From assembly GCA_003972865.1 (NCBI GenBank), contig QOAX01000292.1, positions 1 to 42,837 on the forward strand: DNA of 42,837 bases, read 5' to 3'. The notes under the pieces were generated by a model. That model was not told the origin of the DNA and made no database searches. It saw nothing but the letters and a program-made list of their open reading frames with translations. The translations under genes were made by a program, and so were the position numbers. The stretch is from Verrucomicrobiota bacterium (GTDB lineage: Bacteria > Verrucomicrobiota > Verrucomicrobiia > Limisphaerales > UBA1096). This document shows positions 38,444-42,837 of this stretch, one piece after another (within the stretch, counting starts at the first letter, position 1; each line of letters begins with the position of its first letter).

Positions 38444-40711
38444 ATGCAAACTTCTTTTTTGTCACGAAAAACTATCATTCTTGGAATCTATGTTGCAGCC
38501 CAAGTCGCACAGGCACAATCACTTCCTGAAGTCCATAATGTGGATCTTCAGCCGCTCAAGGCGCAGATTCAGCGACTCATTCAGGCCAAGGATTATCTTG
38601 GCGAACCGTTTTCGCCGAAAGTTAAGAAACAACTCAGCCAAGCGCTTGGCCAAGCGGACGCCAACGAAGCCGTCGCCGCTGTCCAGCAAATCCTTGATGC
38701 CCAATGCCTGATCGGCATCAACATCAACCCGGAGTCGCGGGTCAAGGTGAAAGCCGGCCCGGCCAAGCGTGAGTTGGTCGAGCAGGGCTGGCGCAGTTTT
38801 CTGGTCAAGGTAAACAACCTGGCCGGTGTCACCGCCGAACTCCGTGCCAGCAGCCCAAACTCCCGCCCCCACGCCGGCGCGCCGCAGAGCCAGATCGTCG
38901 ATCGATGGCTTGGCTTGTCGATGCATAATTCCCAACCGCTCACCAAGACGCTAAGCGGCTTGGCCTTGGAGTATCGCATCGTGCAGCTTTACAGCCGCGA
39001 CGCCGGTAAGCGCGACGCCAAGCTCAGCTTCGACGTTGGCCAGGGGACGCAGGATCTGGGCTTCCGCAACGAGGTCAGCCTGCTATTCGACTGCAAGCCG
39101 GCCCGCAAAGTCACGCTCAAGGTGCTCGACGAAAACGGCAAGCCGACCACCGCCGGTTTTGAATTTCGCGACAAACTTGGACACGTCTATCCGTCGCAGG
39201 CCAAGCGGCTTGCGCCGGACTTTCATTTTCACCCGCAAATCTACCGCGCCAACGGCGAACACGTGAAACTGCCGAGCGGCTCCTACACCGTTCGCAATTA
39301 TCGAGGCCCCGAGTCGATCCCGCAGACCCGCACCATCACCGTCGGCAATGCGGACATCACCGAGTCGTTTCAGGTAAAGCGCTGGGTCGATCCGTCGCTG
39401 ATGGGCTGGTGGTCGGGCGATCACCATATCCACGCCGCAGGTTGTGCCCACTACAAAAACCCCACCGAGGGCGTCCACGCGGCGGACATGATGCGGCACT
39501 GCCTCGGCGAAGACCTCAAAGTCGGCGCCAACCTCACTTGGGGGCCGTGGTTCGATTATCAAAAACAGTTCTTCACCGGCAAAATCGACGCCGTCTCCCA
39601 GTTTCCCTATTTACTCCGCTACGACGTTGAGGTTTCCGGCTTTGGTTCTCATCAATCCGGCCATTTGTGCCTGTTACGGTTAAATGATCAGATGTATCCC
39701 GGCGGCGAATCCAAGCACCACTGGCCCAAGCTCTGCCTCAACACCCTCCGCTGGGCCAAGCGCCAGGGCGCCCTCGTCGGCCCGGCGCATTCCGGTTGGG
39801 GACTCAACCAAACCGGCTCCACCCTGCCGACCTACGAGGTGCCGCCGTTCAGCGGCATCGGTGCCAACGAATATATCGCCGACGTCACCCACATGGTTCC
39901 CGGACCGGACGGCAAACCGGTGCCGGCCGTTGACTTCCTCTCGATGGTCGATACGCCGTCGGTTTGGGAACTCAACATTTGGTATCACACGCTCAACTGC
40001 GGCTTCCGCACGCGCATCAGCGGCGAGACCGACTTCCCCTGCATCTACGGCGAACGCGTCGGCCTTGGCCGCTCGTACGTCAAGCTCGACGGCAAACTAA
40101 CCTACAACGACTGGTGCGAAGGCATCCGTGCTGGGCGCAACTACGTCGGCGACGGACGCAGCCACTTGATCGACTTCCAAGTCGATAACGTGCAGATGGG
40201 AGTGAACGGCAGCGAGTTGCGCTTGGCCAAGGCAGACACCGTGCTCGTCACGGCCAAGGTCGCCGCCCGGCTTAACGACGAACCGATCCCGGGCTTGGCC
40301 AAGCGCAACTACGCCCAGAAACCGTACTGGCACATTGAGCGCGCCCGGCTCGAGGGCACCCGAAAAGTCCCGGTCGAGGTGATCGTCAATGGCTATCCGA
40401 TTGCGAAAAAAGAAATCATCGCCGACGGCGATTTGCGGGACATCGCCTTTGAGGTTCCGATCGAGTTCAGTAGCTGGGTGGCGCTGCGCATCCTTCCATC
40501 GTCACACACCAACCCGGTTTTCGTGCTCGTCGATGGCAAGCCGATCCGCTCCTCCAAACGCAGTGCCGAATGGTGCCTTGCCGGAGTGAAAAAATGTCGC
40601 TCGCAAAAACGCCGCTTCATGGGCGAAGACGAGATCACCGACTTCAACGCAGCCTACGATCACGCCGAGAAAGCCTACCACCGCATCATCGGCGAAAGCG
40701 TCACCGACTAG
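38444..40711 (+). CDS. secreted putative metal-dependent hydrolase (HxH motif, PHP/CehA-McbA-like) with large N- and C-terminal beta-rich regions
   Basis: 755 aa. Signal peptide MQTSFLSRKTIILGIYVAAQVAQA. GWWSGDHHIHAAGCAHY resembles the metal-binding start of PHP/CehA-type hydrolases. The coding call is confident; the function is tentative. Confidence 0.8.
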   Translation: MQTSFLSRKTIILGIYVAAQVAQAQSLPEVHNVDLQPLKAQIQRLIQAKDYLGEPFSPKVKKQLSQALGQADANEAVAAVQQILDAQCLIGININPESRVKVKAGPAKRELVEQGWRSFLVKVNNLAGVTAELRASSPNSRPHAGAPQSQIVDRWLGLSMHNSQPLTKTLSGLALEYRIVQLYSRDAGKRDAKLSFDVGQGTQDLGFRNEVSLLFDCKPARKVTLKVLDENGKPTTAGFEFRDKLGHVYPSQAKRLAPDFHFHPQIYRANGEHVKLPSGSYTVRNYRGPESIPQTRTITVGNADITESFQVKRWVDPSLMGWWSGDHHIHAAGCAHYKNPTEGVHAADMMRHCLGEDLKVGANLTWGPWFDYQKQFFTGKIDAVSQFPYLLRYDVEVSGFGSHQSGHLCLLRLNDQMYPGGESKHHWPKLCLNTLRWAKRQGALVGPAHSGWGLNQTGSTLPTYEVPPFSGIGANEYIADVTHMVPGPDGKPVPAVDFLSMVDTPSVWELNIWYHTLNCGFRTRISGETDFPCIYGERVGLGRSYVKLDGKLTYNDWCEGIRAGRNYVGDGRSHLIDFQVDNVQMGVNGSELRLAKADTVLVTAKVAARLNDEPIPGLAKRNYAQKPYWHIERARLEGTRKVPVEVIVNGYPIAKKEIIADGDLRDIAFEVPIEFSSWVALRILPSSHTNPVFVLVDGKPIRSSKRSAEWCLAGVKKCRSQKRRFMGEDEITDFNAAYDHAEKAYHRIIGESVTD
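38637..38657. repeat. second copy of the 21-mer GCCAAGCGCTTGGCCAAGCGG
   Basis: Identical 21-mer to 26628..26648, here inside the hydrolase-like CDS where it encodes S-Q-A-L-G-Q-A-D. Confidence 0.9.
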
Positions 40712-41586
40712 CCGAGGAACAGGTTCGTCGCGGGACCGCTGACACCCGGCTTGCAGCGGAACACTCCGCCGGCGAGTGGCTGATCCACCCTGCCCGCCTC
40801 GTCGAGGTCGCGGCTGGAGGTGGTGATGTACAGTTCGTCCCAGTTTTCTCCGCCGAAACAGCAGGACGTCACGCACTCGACCGGCACTTCCACCTTGGCC
40901 AAGAGCGCCCCGCCCGGCGCGAACCGCGCCACGCCCCAGCCCTGCCACAGCGCCACCCAAAGCATCCCCTCGTTGTCGATGCACATGCCATCCGGATAGC
41001 CCATCCCCTCCGGCAACTCGAACGCTGTCCGGCGATCCGACACCGTGCCGCTGGCCATGTCGCAGTCGAACACATCCATACGGCGCGTCGGCGAGTCGAT
41101 GTAGTAATATGTCTTTTGATCCGACGTCCAGGCCATGCCGTTTGAGATGCTGACTTGGTCGAACAACTTGTCGGTGGAGAGATTGCGGTTGAGCCGGTAG
41201 AGGCTGCCGACGTTCGGTGCCTCGTCCATCCCCATCGTGCCGGCCCAAAGCCGGCCCTCGGGATCGACCTTGCCGTCGTTGAAACGGTTGTTCGGCAAAT
41301 CCTGCTCCGGGTCGATGATCGGCGACAGGTCGCCGCTGGCCAAGTCGAGTCGCACGAAGCCGATGCTCGTGCCGAGGATCAAGTCGCCGCGCTCCGCCGG
41401 GACGGCCAAGCCGGGTTTTTCGCCGATGTCCCAAGTTTGGTTTTCGCCGCTGGTCGGGTTAAAACAGCAGACGCGGGCACTCTCGATGTCCACCCAGACC
41501 AAGTCCTGCGTCTCCGCCCGCCATACGGGCCCCTCGCCAAGGATGGCCTTGGTGTCCAGCACACACTCTGCCGTCAACGTTAGCAC
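40708..41586 (-). CDS. SMP-30/gluconolactonase/LRE family protein
   Basis: 292 aa. ILGEGPVWRAETQDLVWVDI, NRFNDGKVDPEGRLWAGTM, SNGMAWT and PDGMCIDNEGMLWVA are the beta-propeller lactonase motifs. Confidence 0.9.
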   Translation of the reverse strand: MLTLTAECVLDTKAILGEGPVWRAETQDLVWVDIESARVCCFNPTSGENQTWDIGEKPGLAVPAERGDLILGTSIGFVRLDLASGDLSPIIDPEQDLPNNRFNDGKVDPEGRLWAGTMGMDEAPNVGSLYRLNRNLSTDKLFDQVSISNGMAWTSDQKTYYYIDSPTRRMDVFDCDMASGTVSDRRTAFELPEGMGYPDGMCIDNEGMLWVALWQGWGVARFAPGGALLAKVEVPVECVTSCCFGGENWDELYITTSSRDLDEAGRVDQPLAGGVFRCKPGVSGPATNLFLG

Positions 41587-41594
41587 AGACGCAG

Positions 41595-42837
41595 TTAGTC
41601 GTTCACCATCGACACGTCGAGCGTGCCGCTGATCGATTCCTTGCCGGTGGAATTTTGGAACGGTGCCAGGCCGAACTCCGGAATCACCGCCAGCAGGTGA
41701 TCAAAAATATCGGCCTGGATCGCCTCGTACTCGGCCCAGACCGTCGTGTCGGTGAAAATGTAAATCTCGATCGGCAACCCGTTGTCTCCCGGCGCAAGCT
41801 GGCGAATGAGGAACGTGCGATCCTGCCGAATTTGCGGATGGCTTTTGAGGTATGCCATGATGTAGGCACGGAACGTGCCGATGTTGGTCAGGCGGCGGCC
41901 GTTGACGAGTTCCGACAAGTCCGTGTTGGCCGTTTGGTTGTGCACGTTGACTTCGTCGAGCCTGGATTGCAGATAACCTTTGAGCAGGTCGAACCGCTGG
42001 AACTTCTCGAGCAACGCCTCGTCGGCGAATTGGATCGAGCACATGTCGATGCGGATGGGGCGCTTGATTCGGCGGCCGCCGGAATCCTTCATTCCGCGCC
42101 AGTTGCGGCAGGCTTCGGTGATCAATTTTGACGCCGGGATGCTCACCACCGTCTTGTCAAAATTCTGCACCTTCACCGTTGTCAACGACACGTCGATCAC
42201 GTCGCCGTCGATGCCGTGGCCCTTCATCTCGATCCAGTCGCCCTTGCGTACAGTGTCGTTGGTGGCGATCTGAATCCCCGCCACCAGGCCCATGATCGCG
42301 TCCTTGAACACAAACAGGAATCCCATGACCATCGCGCCCAAGCCGGCCATCAGTGTGCCGATCTCGCGGCCCATCACGATCGAGATAATGAACACGCCCC
42401 CGACGAAGAAGGCCACCAGCATCAATGCCTGCAGCAGTCCCTTTATCGGGATGCGCTTTGAAATATCATAACGCTGATAAATCGTCTGCAACCCGTTGAG
42501 CAGCGCCTGCAGAGTGAACAGCAGCACCACCACGAGGTACACCTTGGCCAGGCCCTGCACGAAACCGGCCAGGCTCTCCACCCCCTCAAACACCACCGGC
42601 GCCAGCACGTGCACCACGAGGGCGGGGACGACATTGGACAAGCGGGCGAACACCTTGTGCTCGATGAGGACCTTGTCCCAGTCGGTGCTGGTCTTGCTCG
42701 ACAGGAACCGGATGGCGCGCAGCACCACCCGCTTGGCCACGAGGTAGGCCAGCCAACTCAGGAACACGAGCAACAGGGCGCCGACCACGTTGACCAGCAG
42801 GCCGGCCCAGCCCGCGTCGATGCCGAAGCCCTCGAAT
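41595..42837 (-). CDS. mechanosensitive ion channel (MscS family), probably 5'-truncated by the window edge
   Basis: MscS core IATNDTVRKGDWIEMKGHGIDGDVIDVSLTTVKVQNFDKTVVSIPASKL, preceded by several TM helices. The ORF track starts at GTG 42788, but the frame stays open (..FEGFGIDAGWAGLLVNV..) to the window end. Confidence 0.85.
   Translation of the reverse strand, partial: FEGFGIDAGWAGLLVNVVGALLLVFLSWLAYLVAKRVVLRAIRFLSSKTSTDWDKVLIEHKVFARLSNVVPALVVHVLAPVVFEGVESLAGFVQGLAKVYLVVVLLFTLQALLNGLQTIYQRYDISKRIPIKGLLQALMLVAFFVGGVFIISIVMGREIGTLMAGLGAMVMGFLFVFKDAIMGLVAGIQIATNDTVRKGDWIEMKGHGIDGDVIDVSLTTVKVQNFDKTVVSIPASKLITEACRNWRGMKDSGGRRIKRPIRIDMCSIQFADEALLEKFQRFDLLKGYLQSRLDEVNVHNQTANTDLSELVNGRRLTNIGTFRAYIMAYLKSHPQIRQDRTFLIRQLAPGDNGLPIEIYIFTDTTVWAEYEAIQADIFDHLLAVIPEFGLAPFQNSTGKESISGTLDVSMVND

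Overview
High-GC (roughly 60% by eye, not computed) chromosomal segment that looks like a PVC-group bacterium, probably Verrucomicrobiota. This is inferred from two DUF1501/DUF1553-type and DUF1552/DUF1592-type gene pairs, a histone-H1-like protein and many Sec/Tat-exported proteins. I call 39 protein genes, one tRNA-Ala(GGC) and three intrinsic terminators. The genes are mostly housekeeping or metabolic: murQ, ppk2, a sulfatase, a sugar isomerase/SIS/ROK cluster, an rRNA methyltransferase, glycosyltransferases, trpE, hisI, hisF, ubiE, moeA, hprK, lptB, an LptA-like protein, lipA, a UxaA-family dehydratase, a gluconolactonase and an MscS channel. I see no transposase, integrase, CRISPR array or recognisable defence or toxin genes. 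Most other ORFs in the six-frame track are antisense shadow ORFs typical of GC-rich DNA. The most striking signal is not a gene. The palindromic octamer TTGGCCAA (extended consensus CGCTTGGCCAAGCG) occurs at least 35 times, about once per 1.2 kb, where less than one copy is expected by chance. Almost all copies lie inside unrelated coding regions on both strands, usually read as Leu-Ala-Lys. This resembles the cyanobacterial highly iterated palindrome HIP1, or a DNA uptake sequence, and I do not recognise this particular motif. Secondary observations: a frameshifted membrane-anchored ankyrin gene running into the tRNA; an AT-hook/H1-like nucleoid protein; a 663-aa multi-domain LptA-like protein; a tandem RHH-like ORF coupled to hprK; a sulfatase with a CxPxL (not CxPxR) active-site motif; and lower-GC, motif-free patches that may be horizontally acquired.
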